From assembly GCA_050302295.1 (NCBI GenBank), contig JBNLAU010000262.1, forward strand, positions 1 through 32,904: a stretch of 32,904 nt of DNA, given 5' to 3'. Below the pieces are notes generated by a model. It was not told the origin of the DNA, did no database searches, and worked only from the letters and a program-made list of their open reading frames with translations. This DNA comes from Roseibium sp. (GTDB taxonomy: Bacteria > Pseudomonadota > Alphaproteobacteria > Rhizobiales > Stappiaceae). Of this stretch, positions 17,886 through 26,945 are shown in pieces (the stretch's first letter is position 1; each line of letters begins with the position of its first letter). The translations under genes were made by a program, and so were the position numbers.

Positions 17886-18985
17886 GTTTCCTCCACGTCG
17901 ACATGAGTACGCCCGAAATTCAGCCGTTCCATGATCGGCGCATCGGAAAAGCGGAACAGGTCGAACTGGCTTTCTGCCTGCAGGGACCAGGAGACCCACG
18001 ACGGAACGACGAACATGTCGCCGATGTCGAGCTTGTGCGTTGTCCCGTCGATGACGACGGCGCCGCTGCCCTCAAAGACCTGAAAGACCGTCGACCCCAC
18101 CTCCCGGCGCACCGGCGTTTGCGTCCCGGCCCGCAGCCGGTGGAACTCGCAGCGGATCGTCGGCATGACGTCGCCGCCCGTGGTCGGATTGATGTAGCGA
18201 ATGGCCGCGTGGCCCTGTTCGACCGTTGCCGGCTGCCCCTCTTCTTCCAGGAGCAGCTGTTCGGTGAGCGCGCGGTCCGTATGCTCCCATCGATAGGCCC
18301 CGATGGGCGTACTGACCGTATCGCGGAGACCGGAGAGCGGGCGCAGGCCCGGATGGCACCAGAGCCGCTCACCACGCGAAAAGCGCGGCGTTGCGTAGTC
18401 GGTGACCCGGTCCGATCCGAATTCGAAAAAACCGACATCGTTCTGCTGCGCAAAGGGAATGTCGAGCCCATCAATCCAGGCCATGGGCTTGTCGGTGTCG
18501 TTGTGATGGCCGTGGAAATGCCAGCCGGGTGTCAGCAGCAGATCGCCCCGGCTCATGCGGACAGGGTCGCCGTTGACAACGGTCCAAACCCCTTCTCCCT
18601 CGACCACGAACCGGAACGCGTTCTGGGAATGGCGGTGCTCCGGCGCCGTTTCCCTGGGTCCCAGATACTGGATTGCCGCCCAGAGCGTCGGGCTGACGTA
18701 AGCGTTGCCTCCCAGTCCCGGATTGGCAAGGCCGATGGCCCGGCGCTCGCCGCCCCGCCCGACCGGCACGAGCTCGCCGGATTTTTCCGCCAGCGGCAGT
18801 AGTTTCGACCATTTCCACACATGCGGCACGGCCCTGGGCTTGGGATGACGCGGCATCAGATCGCCGAGTTGAGTCCAGAGCGGCATGAGATGCTGTTCCT
18901 CGAACCCCTTGTAGAGTTCGCGCAGTTCCGGAGTGTCCTTAGGCTGCATCTCGTTTACCGGCGCCTTTTCGGCTTTTTCGAGCAT
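17882..18985 (-). CDS. gtdA: Gentisate 1,2-dioxygenase (bicupin; Pseudaminobacter SDO/Corynebacterium GDO subgroup)
   Basis: GGERRAIGLANPGL, APEHRHSQNAFRF, FHGH, WIDGLDIP, LFRFSDAP. ATG 18985 has an AGGAG RBS. Confidence 0.95.
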   Translation of the reverse strand: MLEKAEKAPVNEMQPKDTPELRELYKGFEEQHLMPLWTQLGDLMPRHPKPRAVPHVWKWSKLLPLAEKSGELVPVGRGGERRAIGLANPGLGGNAYVSPTLWAAIQYLGPRETAPEHRHSQNAFRFVVEGEGVWTVVNGDPVRMSRGDLLLTPGWHFHGHHNDTDKPMAWIDGLDIPFAQQNDVGFFEFGSDRVTDYATPRFSRGERLWCHPGLRPLSGLRDTVSTPIGAYRWEHTDRALTEQLLLEEEGQPATVEQGHAAIRYINPTTGGDVMPTIRCEFHRLRAGTQTPVRREVGSTVFQVFEGSGAVVIDGTTHKLDIGDMFVVPSWVSWSLQAESQFDLFRFSDAPIMERLNFGRTHVDVEET

Positions 18986-19019
18986 GACGTGGTTCTCCTG
19001 GTCGCAATGATTGAATGTG

Positions 19020-19670
19020 TCAGGCGGCGTCCGGCTGGTTCGGCGGAGCGGCGTTGCTGAACGCAGGGATGGCATTCAGCCGATCGAATATTCGGGCGAT
19101 GGTCGGCCACTTGGACACGTCGATATCGAAGCGGCGATTGTTCCAGATCTGGGCGTGAAGACAGATATCGGCCAGCCCGGGTGCCTCCCCATGGCAGAAG
19201 GTGCCGGTTCCCGGTTCCGTCGACAGTCGCGTTTCAAGGGCATCGAATGTGACGTCGACCCAATGGGTGAACCATTCCTTCTGCACGGCCTCATCGGCGC
19301 CAAAACGATCCGCCAGGTACAATAGCACACGCAGATTGTTGAGTGGATGGATATCGCAGGCGATCATCATGGCAAGCGACCTGACCCGCGCGCGCCCGTC
19401 GGGATCGGCCGGCAGGAGCGGCGGCTCCGGATGGGTCTCCTCCAGCCACTCGATGATCGAAAGCGACTGCGTAAGGCAGGTGCCGTCCTCGCGCTCAAGC
19501 GTGGGAACCAGTCCCGCCGGGTTCTTCGTCAGATAGTCCGGCTTTCGCGTATCGCCGCGGCGGAGCGCATAGGGCACATAGTCATAGTTCAGTCCCTTGA
19601 GGTTAAGGGCAATCCGCAGGCGCGTCGACGTGGAGGAGCGGAAGAAATTGTGTAATTTCAATGTCATCAC
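19020..19670 (-). CDS. maiA: Glutathione-dependent maleylpyruvate/maleylacetoacetate isomerase (GST zeta, NagL-like)
   Basis: FFRSSTSTRLRIALNLKG, NPAGLVP, LTQSLSIIEWL, CDIHPLNNLRVL, PPNQPDA. Start GTG 19670 or ATG 19667. Confidence 0.93.
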   Translation of the reverse strand: MMTLKLHNFFRSSTSTRLRIALNLKGLNYDYVPYALRRGDTRKPDYLTKNPAGLVPTLEREDGTCLTQSLSIIEWLEETHPEPPLLPADPDGRARVRSLAMMIACDIHPLNNLRVLLYLADRFGADEAVQKEWFTHWVDVTFDALETRLSTEPGTGTFCHGEAPGLADICLHAQIWNNRRFDIDVSKWPTIARIFDRLNAIPAFSNAAPPNQPDAA

Positions 19671-20365
19671 TATGCCTGCGGTCCGATTTCGGTGCGAACC
19701 TCTCCCAGTCCTTCGATGCTGACGACGCAGGTATCACCCGGCACCAGCGGTCCGACACCGGCGGGCGTACCCGTCATGATCAGGTCCCCCGGAGCAAGCG
19801 CGATCGAGTGGGAAAGGATCGAAATGATTTCCGGCACGGTCCAGATCAGCTCGGCAAGGTCGGCATCCTGCCTGATTTCCCCGTTCACGGTAAGCCGGAT
19901 CGCCCCCCGGGCCGGATGTCCCACCTCGGAGACGGGATGGACGGGACCGATCACCGCCGAACGGTCGAATGCCTTGCCGAAATCCCAGGGGCGCCCCTTG
20001 TCGCGCGCCGCAAGCTGCAGGTCCCTGCGGGTTAGGTCGTTGCCGGCTGCATAGCCCCACACATGCTCGAGCGCATCCGCCTCGGAAATGTTGCGTCCGC
20101 CGATACCGATCACGACGACAAGCTCCGCCTCGTAATGAAAGTTCCCGGTTTCCGGCGGATAGGCGACCGTTTCGCCGGACTCCACCACCGCATCCGCAGG
20201 TTTGGTAAAGAAGAACGGAGGATCGCGGTCCGGATCCTTCCCCATTTCACGCGCATGCGCGGCATAATTCCGTCCTACACAGAATATGCGCCGCACCGGC
20301 AAACGGTCCGTGCTGCCGGCAACCGCTACGGCCGGTACGGGTGGTGCGGGGAAAACATACGACAT
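19670..20365 (-). CDS. Fumarylpyruvate hydrolase (FAH family, NagK-like)
   Basis: RRIFCVGRNYAAHAREMG, FFTKP, HYEAEL, DLTRRDLQ, GKAFD, MTGTPAGVG; gentisate-cluster context. Confidence 0.92.
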   Translation of the reverse strand: MSYVFPAPPVPAVAVAGSTDRLPVRRIFCVGRNYAAHAREMGKDPDRDPPFFFTKPADAVVESGETVAYPPETGNFHYEAELVVVIGIGGRNISEADALEHVWGYAAGNDLTRRDLQLAARDKGRPWDFGKAFDRSAVIGPVHPVSEVGHPARGAIRLTVNGEIRQDADLAELIWTVPEIISILSHSIALAPGDLIMTGTPAGVGPLVPGDTCVVSIEGLGEVRTEIGPQA

Positions 20366-20400
20366 TCAAATCTCCTGTGGCGTTTTCTGGTGCAAGGGGG

Positions 20401-20568
20401 TCAATCGCGCCCGGCTTCCATGATCTTGCGGCCTGGCAGCCCTGGTGCCGTGAAATGGACCGAGTGGCTGCCGGGCATGGTCACCAGTCGGTAGAGCCCG
20501 AGTTTTTCGGAAAGAAGCGGATGCCACGGCAAGGAATGTGCTGCACCATGAACGATTATGTGTTGCAT
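20401..20568 (-). pseudogene. Internally deleted alpha/beta-hydrolase, salicylate esterase (SalE)-like
   Basis: 55-aa ORF below the track cut-off, with GAGGAG RBS: MQHIIVHGA|AHSLPWHPLLSEKLGLYRLVTMPGSHSVHFTAPGLPGRKIMEAGRD. The N-terminal VHGA motif joins directly to a SalE-like C-terminus; no GxSxG nucleophile. Confidence 0.75.
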
Positions 20569-20606
20569 CCTGAACTCCTCGTCTGAAATGGCAAGAAAAC
20601 GAGCGG

Positions 20607-22583
20607 TCAGGCCCGCGTGCTGTTTTGTGCGCCGGCAGTGACGGGTTCACGCTCTACCGCCTCGCGCCCGGCAAACCAGAGCACCGCGAGCCCCGCCATC
20701 CCGGCGCCATTCACCCATAGGGCGGCGCCATGAAGCATGTCCGCAGGCAGCAAAAGCGCCATGCCGGCCCCGGCGATCAGACACCTGCGAACGGGACTGG
20801 CCGGTCCGTGCAGCCAGCCGACGAACGCGCTGGAAATGGCATAAACGCCCAGGATGGCCGTCACGACCGCAAGAACGATGTCCAGCGGGTCGCCGATCAG
20901 TAGAAGCGCCGGCGAGAACACGAAGAGGAAGGGCACGATATAGGCCGTCCAGCCGAAGCGCATGGCTTCGAAGGCCGTCGTGATCGGCGGGGCCTTGGCG
21001 ATCGAAGCGGCGAAGAACGCGCCGATACCGATGGGTGGTGTCACCATCGACATCATTCCGAGATAGAAGATGAAGAGATGAGCGGCGATCGGCTCGACCC
21101 CGGTCTCGATCAGTGACGGGGCGATGAGAACGGCAAGCAGAAGGTAGACACCCACAGTCGGCATGCCCATGCCGAGCACGAGACAGACGGCAGCGGAGAT
21201 TATAAGCAGCAACAGCAGGCTGCCCTGGCCGAGATCCACAAGCGCGAAGGTGACCGCGAAGCCGAGACCTGTCACGTTCAGAACACCGATAATAAAGCCG
21301 GCGGCGGCCGAGATCATGATGATATCGATGATCGATTCACCGCTCTCCACCGTAGCATCCCACAGGTCGCGCAGGCTCATGCGCGCCTTGCCGTAGCCCA
21401 TCAGCAGCCCGATCAGAAGGGCCGCACCACCGCCCCAAAGAGCAGAGGTCTCGGCCCGCTGATTGAACCAGAACAGGGCGGCAACAATGGCGGCGAAGGG
21501 CAGGGCGAAGACCCAGCCCCCCGACATGACCTGCCCGACGGAGGGGATTTCCTCCCCTTCGACCGGCTTGATGTCGTTCTTTGCCGCCTGCAGGTCCGCC
21601 TGCACGTAGAGCGAGACATAATAGAGCAGCGCCGGAACAATCGCCGCAACGACGATCTCCGAATAGGGTTTTTGCAGGATATCGGCCATCAGAAACGCGA
21701 CGGCGCCCATAACCGGCGGTGCAATCTGCCCGCCCGTGGAGGCGACCGCCTCGACCGCGGCCGCGGTGGACCGGCGGAATCCAGCATTGATCATCAGCCG
21801 GATCGTAACCACGCCGGTGGCGACAATATTGGAGACGACGACACCGGAAATCGAACCGAAAAGTCCGGATGCAACAATGGAAATCTTGGCCGCCCCGCCC
21901 CTCCGGCGCCCCATGGTTGCCAACGCGATATCGTTGAAGAAATCAGCCCCGCCCGAGCGCAGCAGGAGCTGACCGAAGAGCACGAAGGCGATAACGACGG
22001 TGGCGGCGACATTGAGCGTTATGCCGAAGAGACCGTTCGGATCGAAGGCCAGATAGACCGCGAGACGCGGCGCGGCAACTTCCCGCGTCTGCAGGACACC
22101 CGGCACCAGATGGCCGATCAGCCCGTATCCGGTGATGGCAAGAACCACCACGACAAGCGTCAGGCCGACGGTCCGGCGCAGCCCCTCAAGTACGAGCAGA
22201 AACAGCAGCCCCCCGGCGGCCAGTGCATGCCAGGGCAGCTTCATCGCGCTGTTCAGGAGGCTCGGATAATCCCAGGCGATATAGAGCGACAGGAAGAGGC
22301 CGAGGCAAGCAAGAACCAGATCGGGAATCGACGGACGCCCGCCGCCAGGCCTGAACCTGCGCAGGAGAAACACCAGCGCAAGGCTCAGCCCCAGCACCAC
22401 AGCCAGGAACTGTTCCGTGTAATAGGAATACCCCAGCCGGGACGGCAGGTCCGCAGCCTGACCCACCGCAATCAGGGTCAAGGTGCCGGCCAGGCTGCGG
22501 GTCAGGTGGCGCACCCAGACCGGTGTTGAGGTCTTTTGTGAAGCCCCGGTAAGCGGGGTTTCTTGTGTATTGACGTCCGTCAC
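20607..22583 (-). CDS. TAXI-TRAP transporter fused permease (DctQM fusion)
   Basis: Highly hydrophobic; GGAAK, SGVVVSN, EAVASTGGQIAPPVMGAVAF, LGMGMPT, SMVTPP. GTG 22583 has a GGAAGG RBS; alternative start ATG 22598. Confidence 0.93.
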   Translation of the reverse strand: MTDVNTQETPLTGASQKTSTPVWVRHLTRSLAGTLTLIAVGQAADLPSRLGYSYYTEQFLAVVLGLSLALVFLLRRFRPGGGRPSIPDLVLACLGLFLSLYIAWDYPSLLNSAMKLPWHALAAGGLLFLLVLEGLRRTVGLTLVVVVLAITGYGLIGHLVPGVLQTREVAAPRLAVYLAFDPNGLFGITLNVAATVVIAFVLFGQLLLRSGGADFFNDIALATMGRRRGGAAKISIVASGLFGSISGVVVSNIVATGVVTIRLMINAGFRRSTAAAVEAVASTGGQIAPPVMGAVAFLMADILQKPYSEIVVAAIVPALLYYVSLYVQADLQAAKNDIKPVEGEEIPSVGQVMSGGWVFALPFAAIVAALFWFNQRAETSALWGGGAALLIGLLMGYGKARMSLRDLWDATVESGESIIDIIMISAAAGFIIGVLNVTGLGFAVTFALVDLGQGSLLLLLIISAAVCLVLGMGMPTVGVYLLLAVLIAPSLIETGVEPIAAHLFIFYLGMMSMVTPPIGIGAFFAASIAKAPPITTAFEAMRFGWTAYIVPFLFVFSPALLLIGDPLDIVLAVVTAILGVYAISSAFVGWLHGPASPVRRCLIAGAGMALLLPADMLHGAALWVNGAGMAGLAVLWFAGREAVEREPVTAGAQNSTRA

Positions 22584-22613
22584 GCTCAGCCCTTCCATAT
22601 CCGGCGCAGGAGT

Positions 22614-22633
22614 GGGCGGCCGCGCGGCCGCCC
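22614..22633. repeat. Perfect 20-bp GC palindrome between binding-protein and permease genes
   Basis: GGGCGGCCGCGCGGCCGCCC with no U-tail; probably an mRNA-stabilising or attenuating hairpin. Confidence 0.7.
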
Positions 22634-22649
22634 CTTGAAAGCATCTGGA

Positions 22650-23615
22650 CTATTCGGCGGACGTGCGTTCAATGCCGCGCTCTTCATAGAAGGCGGCAGC
22701 ACCGGGGTGATATTCCAGCCCCGGATACGCCTGGTAGGCCGTTTCCAGATTGAGCGCCCGCAGCGGCGGGTAGGCTTTGCCGATGGCATCCTTGTTGTCG
22801 AAGATCACCGCAAGGAGCGATTTGATCTGTTCGTCGGGCACATGCGCGCCTGCAACGAGGATATTGTCCCAGGTCACGAACATCATCGGTTCCTTCACGC
22901 CGACGCGCGGTGCTGCCGGTGTCACCTCGGAGAAATAGAAGGCGGGACGCACGGACCGTATCTTGGCAAGCGTGTCTTCATCGGCGTTGACCGTCAGGAA
23001 CCGGACACCACCGACCGAGGCATCGACTTCGGCGACCTTCGGTCCGCCGACGGCGAAAAAGGCGCTATCCACCCGACCAGACGCCATATCGTCCGAGCCG
23101 CGGATCAGTTCGGGAACTGGAACTTTCTTGACGTCGTCCCAGCTCAGGCCGCCCGCCGCAAGGATCGCCGTGATATGCGAACGGGCGAGGGGGAAGCCGT
23201 CCCAGCCCGCCGGCACACTCTTGCCGGCGAGGTCGGCCACCTGCTCCAGGCCGGAGCTTTCCTTCACATACAGCCCCACGGGAAACGGATTGATCCGCGC
23301 GATGACGCGCAGGTTGGGATGCGCTGCCTGATACTCGCCGCTGCCTGCCACGGCCGAAATTGCGTCGTTGACATCATTGAGCGCGAATTCGGCAACGCCT
23401 TCATTAACCGCCTGCATCATCTGGGCGTTGCCGCCGTAGGGCTGCACCACCATGCGGGGGCCGCCGCTTTCGCGAGCCTGGCCGGCAATCACCGAGGACA
23501 TGGTGTTCCACACCGAACCTTGCGGCGGCGTCGCTATTGACAGCACCTGGGCAGCGGCGGGGGTTGCAAGGCCGAGCGCGAGCCCGGCGGTGAAAAGATA
23601 TTTGGCAAGTCTCAT
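22650..23615 (-). CDS. TAXI-family TRAP solute-binding protein
   Basis: Signal peptide MRLAKYLFTAGLALGLATPAAA, IATPPQGS, ADLAGK, YHPGAAAFYEE; GGGAGG RBS. Confidence 0.92.
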   Translation of the reverse strand: MRLAKYLFTAGLALGLATPAAAQVLSIATPPQGSVWNTMSSVIAGQARESGGPRMVVQPYGGNAQMMQAVNEGVAEFALNDVNDAISAVAGSGEYQAAHPNLRVIARINPFPVGLYVKESSGLEQVADLAGKSVPAGWDGFPLARSHITAILAAGGLSWDDVKKVPVPELIRGSDDMASGRVDSAFFAVGGPKVAEVDASVGGVRFLTVNADEDTLAKIRSVRPAFYFSEVTPAAPRVGVKEPMMFVTWDNILVAGAHVPDEQIKSLLAVIFDNKDAIGKAYPPLRALNLETAYQAYPGLEYHPGAAAFYEERGIERTSAE

Positions 23616-23706
23616 GGTTTCCTCCCGTATAGAGACATTCCGAAAGCAGGATGATCCGGCGGGACGCCCCGCCGTCGATTTCCTCTTTTCGATCGTGCAG
23701 CGAGCG

Positions 23707-26448
23707 TCAGGCGCTGGCCGTCTGGCCCTTCAGAAGAGCCTGCCGGTCGATCTTTCCCGTTCCCGTCTTGGGCAAATCCTCGACATATTCGACGATGCGC
23801 GGATACTTGAAGGGCTGCAGCCGCGACTTGACGTAGGCACGCAAATCGTCGCTCTGCACATCACTTGCCCGTCCGCCGTCGCGCAGCCGCACCACGGCGC
23901 GCAAGGTCATCCGGCGGTCTTCCAGTTCATGCGCGAGAACCGCGCATTCATGCACATCCGGATGTTCATTGAGGCAGCGTTCCACTTCCAGCGGCCAGAC
24001 CCACTGGCCCGACACCTTGATGAGTTCGTCGGCGCGGCCCTGGAAGTAATAGTGACCGTCCTGTTCAATGAAGCGGTCGCCGGTATAGATCCAGTCGCCG
24101 CGCATGGTATCCCGGGTCTTGTCCGGCCGGTTCCAGTAGCAGGGCGCCGAGGAATGGCCGCGCACGAACATGACCCCTTCCTCGCCCGGCTGCGCCGGTT
24201 TTCCTTCCGGGGTTTCAAGACGCACTTCATAACCCGGCACCCGTGCACCGGCCGAGCCGATCCGGTGGTCCGCAAGGCTGTTGGACAAGTAGATATGCAG
24301 CATTTCGGTCGAGCCGAGACCTTCCGTCGGCCCGTGACCGGTCAGCGCCTCCCACGCGTCATAGATATCCTGGGACAAAACTTCCGCCGCCGACATGGAC
24401 TGCCGAAGCGAGGTGAGGTCGCACTTTTCGACCTCCCCAGCGCGGGCAAGCGCCGTATAAAGCGTGGGCAGGCCGAAGAGCACCGTGGGGCGGAACGTCT
24501 CGATCGTTTCCAGCACCGCTGCCGGCCGGGGCTGCCCCGGCATCAGAAGCGTTGTGGCGCCGACGGAGAAGGGAAAGGTGATCGCGTTTCCGAAGCCGTA
24601 GGCGAAAAAGATCTTGGGCACGGAGAAGCAGATATCCTCCGCGGAAAGCTTCAGGACACGCTCACCGAAGGAGGCCTGGGTGTAAGCCATATCGTGATGC
24701 AGGTGCACGATGCCCTTGGGCCGGCCTGTGGAGCCGGATGAATACATCCAGAAGGCCATGTCGTCGGGGCCGGTGTCGGCACAGGCAAGCTCCGAAGGTT
24801 GTCCGGCAAGGAAATCGGCAGCCGCAACACAGCCCTTCGCGTCCGCCTCGCCATTTGCGATCACAACCGTCTCAAGCGGAGTGCCTGCCAGCGTCTCCGG
24901 CCCGAAGCGGCCGGCAAGCGCGGCCTCGCACAGGGCAAGGCGCGCACCGGTGTCCTTCAGAAAGAAATTCAGGACGTCCGGTGTCGTCTGGATATTGAGC
25001 AGAACCGGCACCAGACCGGCGCGCACGGCCCCGAAAAACGCAGCCGGATAGACCGGCGTGTCATCGAGGAAGAACGGGATCCGCTCGCCCCGTTTCAATC
25101 CGGCGGCGAGAAAGGCATTGCCCCATCGCGCCGCCTCGGCCACCAGTTCCTGATAGGTGAGCGTACCGGCCGGGCCAATTACGGCGGGCTTATCCGGATT
25201 GCGGTCGAGATTGTCCCACAGGATCGCGGAGCAGTTCGAATGGACGGTCTTGTCAAAGCCGATTTCCAGGGCACCGGGCGTGTTGTCCGGAACCGGATCG
25301 GCCGGATTGGCATCAACCGTCTTCTCGGCCTCGTAACGAGCCATGAAACCGGGCGCGATCTGGCGCAGGCGATCCATGTCGACCCGGCCCGACCGGGTGA
25401 TGTAGTCGAAAGCGAAATCGACCGGGCGAAGGGCCATCTTCTCTGCGAATGTTTCGTACCAGGAGGCGGAAGTGTTAGCCGCATCGACGATTTTCCTGGC
25501 GATGGGCCTCCGTTCCGCCTGATAGGCGGCAAGCGCATCGTCGACATCCTCATGAGCGGCCAATGCCCGCACGAGGGCGATGGCATCTTCCATGGCCAGC
25601 CGCGTTCCCGAGCCGATGGAAAAATGTGCCGTATGTACAGCATCTCCCAGAAGCACGTGACGGCCGGCGACCCAGTTCCTGCACCAGAGACGCGGAAACT
25701 GCCGCCACATCGACTTGTTCGTGATCAGCGGCGCTCCGTCCAGAACATCTGCGAAGATTTCTCCGCAGACCCGGGCACTCTCCTTTTCATCCATTCCGGC
25801 AAAACCGTAAGCGCCGAAGGTGGAGTCGTCGCATTCCACGATGAAGGTGCTGCGGTCGGAAGCGTAGCGATAGTGATGGGCATTCAGGGCGCCCTTGTCG
25901 GTCTCCACGAAAGTCTGGGTCAGCGTGTCGAAGGTGCGCTCGGTGCCGAACCAGGCAAAATGATTGCTGAAATGGCTGAGCTCAGGAGCAAACCCGGTTT
26001 CGAACGTGCGGCGAACCAGCGAGTTCAGCCCGTCCGCGCCCACGATCAGATCCGCCTGCAATTCATCGACTGACGCGACCTCATGGGAATAACGTAGCTC
26101 CACACCCAGGACGTCGGCCCGCTTGCGCAAAATTTCGATGAGCTCCAGCCGGCCAATGGCGGAAAAGCCGACGCCGTCCAGCGTCACCTGACCTGCTGGC
26201 AGGTTCAACGTCATGTTGCGCCACCGCTCCATGTGCGGCGTTACCAGGTCATGGGTATCGGGATCGTCGGCGTTCAGGAAATCAAGCGCCTGGTCGGAAA
26301 ACACCACACCGAAACCGAAAGTAGCACCCTCGGGATTCTGTTCCGTGACACGCACCTGCACATCGGGCAGAAGCCGCCGGATCAGGATGGCTGTGTAGAG
26401 GCCGGCCGGTCCGCCTCCCAGTATTTCTATGCGGGACAGTTTCGTCAT
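23707..26448 (-). CDS. Fusion of FAD-dependent aryl-CoA monooxygenase (salicylyl-CoA 5-hydroxylase-like) and benzoate-CoA ligase
   Basis: N-half: GGGPAG, TFGFGVVFSD, GADG, GDAVHTAHFSIGSGTRLAMEDA. C-half: YSSGSTGRPKG, FFAYG, EGLGSTEMLHI, TGD, GRADELIK, LPKTGTGKI. One uninterrupted frame of 913 aa from ATG 26448 (GGAGG RBS). Confidence 0.92.
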   Translation of the reverse strand: MTKLSRIEILGGGPAGLYTAILIRRLLPDVQVRVTEQNPEGATFGFGVVFSDQALDFLNADDPDTHDLVTPHMERWRNMTLNLPAGQVTLDGVGFSAIGRLELIEILRKRADVLGVELRYSHEVASVDELQADLIVGADGLNSLVRRTFETGFAPELSHFSNHFAWFGTERTFDTLTQTFVETDKGALNAHHYRYASDRSTFIVECDDSTFGAYGFAGMDEKESARVCGEIFADVLDGAPLITNKSMWRQFPRLWCRNWVAGRHVLLGDAVHTAHFSIGSGTRLAMEDAIALVRALAAHEDVDDALAAYQAERRPIARKIVDAANTSASWYETFAEKMALRPVDFAFDYITRSGRVDMDRLRQIAPGFMARYEAEKTVDANPADPVPDNTPGALEIGFDKTVHSNCSAILWDNLDRNPDKPAVIGPAGTLTYQELVAEAARWGNAFLAAGLKRGERIPFFLDDTPVYPAAFFGAVRAGLVPVLLNIQTTPDVLNFFLKDTGARLALCEAALAGRFGPETLAGTPLETVVIANGEADAKGCVAAADFLAGQPSELACADTGPDDMAFWMYSSGSTGRPKGIVHLHHDMAYTQASFGERVLKLSAEDICFSVPKIFFAYGFGNAITFPFSVGATTLLMPGQPRPAAVLETIETFRPTVLFGLPTLYTALARAGEVEKCDLTSLRQSMSAAEVLSQDIYDAWEALTGHGPTEGLGSTEMLHIYLSNSLADHRIGSAGARVPGYEVRLETPEGKPAQPGEEGVMFVRGHSSAPCYWNRPDKTRDTMRGDWIYTGDRFIEQDGHYYFQGRADELIKVSGQWVWPLEVERCLNEHPDVHECAVLAHELEDRRMTLRAVVRLRDGGRASDVQSDDLRAYVKSRLQPFKYPRIVEYVEDLPKTGTGKIDRQALLKGQTASA

Positions 26449-26497
26449 GCCTCCTCCCAAAGGTCGCTCGACAATTCTTGAGCCAGATGATAGGTGT

Positions 26498-26535
26498 TTT
26501 TCCGTATTATGCAATACGTTTTATAGAACGGAAAA
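26498..26535. promoter_or_regulatory. Divergent promoter region with nested dyads (candidate IclR operator)
   Basis: TTTTCCGT...ACGGAAAA encloses CGTATT-atgc-AATACG (26503-26518) and CGTTTTATAGAACG (26517-26530). Confidence 0.6.
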
Positions 26536-26543
26536 CAAAAATC

Positions 26544-26945
26544 ATGCATCGCCTTGATTATCCAGTCACTTTCGGAGATTGCGATCCTGCCGGTATCGTC
26601 TTTTATCCAAACGCCTATGCGTGGTTCGACCGCACGTTCCACGACTGGCTGCGCCGTTTCGGCGGCCATGAAGCGCTTTGCAGGGAGCTCGGAGCCGTCG
26701 GCCTCGGACTGATGGAAGCCAACGCCCGGTTTCTCCGGCCAATGCGGGACGGCGACGTTGTCTCCCTGACGCTTTCCGTTGAGAAATGGGGCCGCAAAAC
26801 CCTGCACCTTTCCTACGAGGGCCGTGTCGGCGACAACGTGACTGTTGCCGGGGCGGAGGTCCGCGGGCTATTCAAACGCAGCGGCGACGGGATCGCCGCG
26901 GCGGAGTTGGACGGATTGCGCGAGATGGTGGCAGGCAATGGCTAA
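26544..26945 (+). CDS. 4-hydroxybenzoyl-CoA thioesterase family (candidate gentisyl-CoA thioesterase)
   Basis: VTFGDCDPAGIVFYPN hot-dog motif with catalytic Asp; ATG 26544; overlaps the IclR start. Confidence 0.9.
   Translation: MHRLDYPVTFGDCDPAGIVFYPNAYAWFDRTFHDWLRRFGGHEALCRELGAVGLGLMEANARFLRPMRDGDVVSLTLSVEKWGRKTLHLSYEGRVGDNVTVAGAEVRGLFKRSGDGIAAAELDGLREMVAGNG

Noticed and set aside
20366-20650. 94-aa minus-strand ORF from the track
   Set aside because: No motifs and overlaps the permease end; the meaningful frame is the 55-aa esterase remnant at 20401-20568.
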